Part shown: positions 63,320 to 64,000 of the stretch, piece after piece
Layout of the letters: each line of letters opens with the position of its first letter
Position numbering within the stretch: position 1 is the first letter of the stretch
Assembly: GCA_963737155.1 (NCBI GenBank)
Contig: CAVTRN010000001.1
Span: 288,001-352,000, forward strand
DNA: 64,000 nt
Reading direction: 5' to 3'
Source: Nitrospirota bacterium
GTDB lineage: Bacteria; Nitrospirota; UBA9217
Notes under the pieces: model-generated
Told to the model about the DNA's origin: nothing
What the model saw: the letters and a program-made list of their open reading frames with translations, nothing else
Databases searched by the model: none
Position numbers and translations under genes: made by a program

Positions 63320-63348
63320 CTTATAACAAGGGTCTTGGGAAAGCGCAA
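63320..63348 (-). promoter_or_regulatory. sigma70 promoter at the head of the acs-fdh-fhs operon
   Basis: TTGCGC-17-TATAAG with extended TG. Confidence 0.55.
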
Positions 63349-63391
63349 GACCGCCGTTTTCATCCCTTGACTACTTGATGCACGCTACTTG

Positions 63392-64000
63392 AGAGCCTGT
63401 TGCTCAAATGCCAGCATAGCCGTTTATGATCGCCCATATGGGATAGTGCCAGACTGCAAATGGGGTATCTCTGCGAAGCACACGGCATGAATCAGCTGTC
63501 GTTTTCGTTCTTTATACTGCCATCTGGGCCGCAATCTCTTTGCCGCTTCGCCAAAGCTTCAAGAGATTGTGCGTCGCGCAGATGAGTTTCCATTCCTGGG
63601 AGCAGGCTTCAATCCCTCGGCGCATGTAGTGCCGGATGCCGCGATTGTCTTTAATCTGGCCAAAGATCGGTTCGACGGTCTGGCCTCGTTTCTTATAAAG
63701 CTCTCTGCCCCGCTTGGTCAGGAGCTTCCTCTCCATCCTCTGCCGGAGTGTCAGGCTTTTTGGTATCCTCCCTTGGGGCGGGGATGATGCGGCGGCCTCT
63801 TTACGTTGCTTCCAGTCTTTCTTGGTTGCGATAAGATGTTCGGGACCGTCGGGAGTGATGGCCGCAAAGTTCTTCTCACTTGCGTAGCCGGCATCGCTCA
63901 GAGATATTTCGATCTTCAGTTCTTTTTGCAGGGCGATCTCGTTTAAGTTCTCCTGGGCCTTCTGGATCATGGGATGCAGCTGGTTGATGTCGTTTTCCTG
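63392..64000 (-). mobile_element. IS1182-family insertion sequence (partial; transposase C-terminus 63512 to beyond 64000)
   Basis: DAGY and YKKRGQTVEPIFGQIK..RG...EW.L...HNLLKL; probable terminus AGAGCCTGTTGC at ~63392. Confidence 0.88.

Overview
64 kb of a moderately GC-rich anaerobic bacterium. Gene order and content suggest Nitrospirota or Desulfobacterota (inference). Most of the window is housekeeping: rsmA, prfC, trpB2, rnpB, rnhA, tRNA-Ile2, rpsU-yqeY-mutS2-dnaG-rpoD, rplM-rpsI-argC-argJ, rpsB-tsf-pyrH-frr, atpB-atpE, gltX and pdxA. The right end holds a ~15 kb minus-strand Wood-Ljungdahl operon: cooC/acsF, DUF2520(PanG-like), acsE, acsD, acsC, acsB, hydC-like, hydB-like, fdhA, a cNMP-binding protein and fhs. 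Its formate dehydrogenase is a selenoprotein with an in-frame UGA and a SECIS hairpin, and the ORF track splits it in two. The best candidate for an undescribed system is a two-gene cassette of small glycine-rich membrane proteins that occurs twice (8.4 kb and 30.4 kb). All four proteins belong to one family, and both copies keep a sigma54 promoter, an IHF-like site and a shared upstream motif. Other oddities are an ATP synthase a-subunit with a Lys218/Gly245 (alkaliphile-like) signature, an IS200/IS605 family split into an intact tnpA and a distant tnpB-remnant mini-element with related ends, 9-bp repeats at junctions of the acs operon, and two unexplained long RNA hairpins. No CRISPR array or rRNA was seen.
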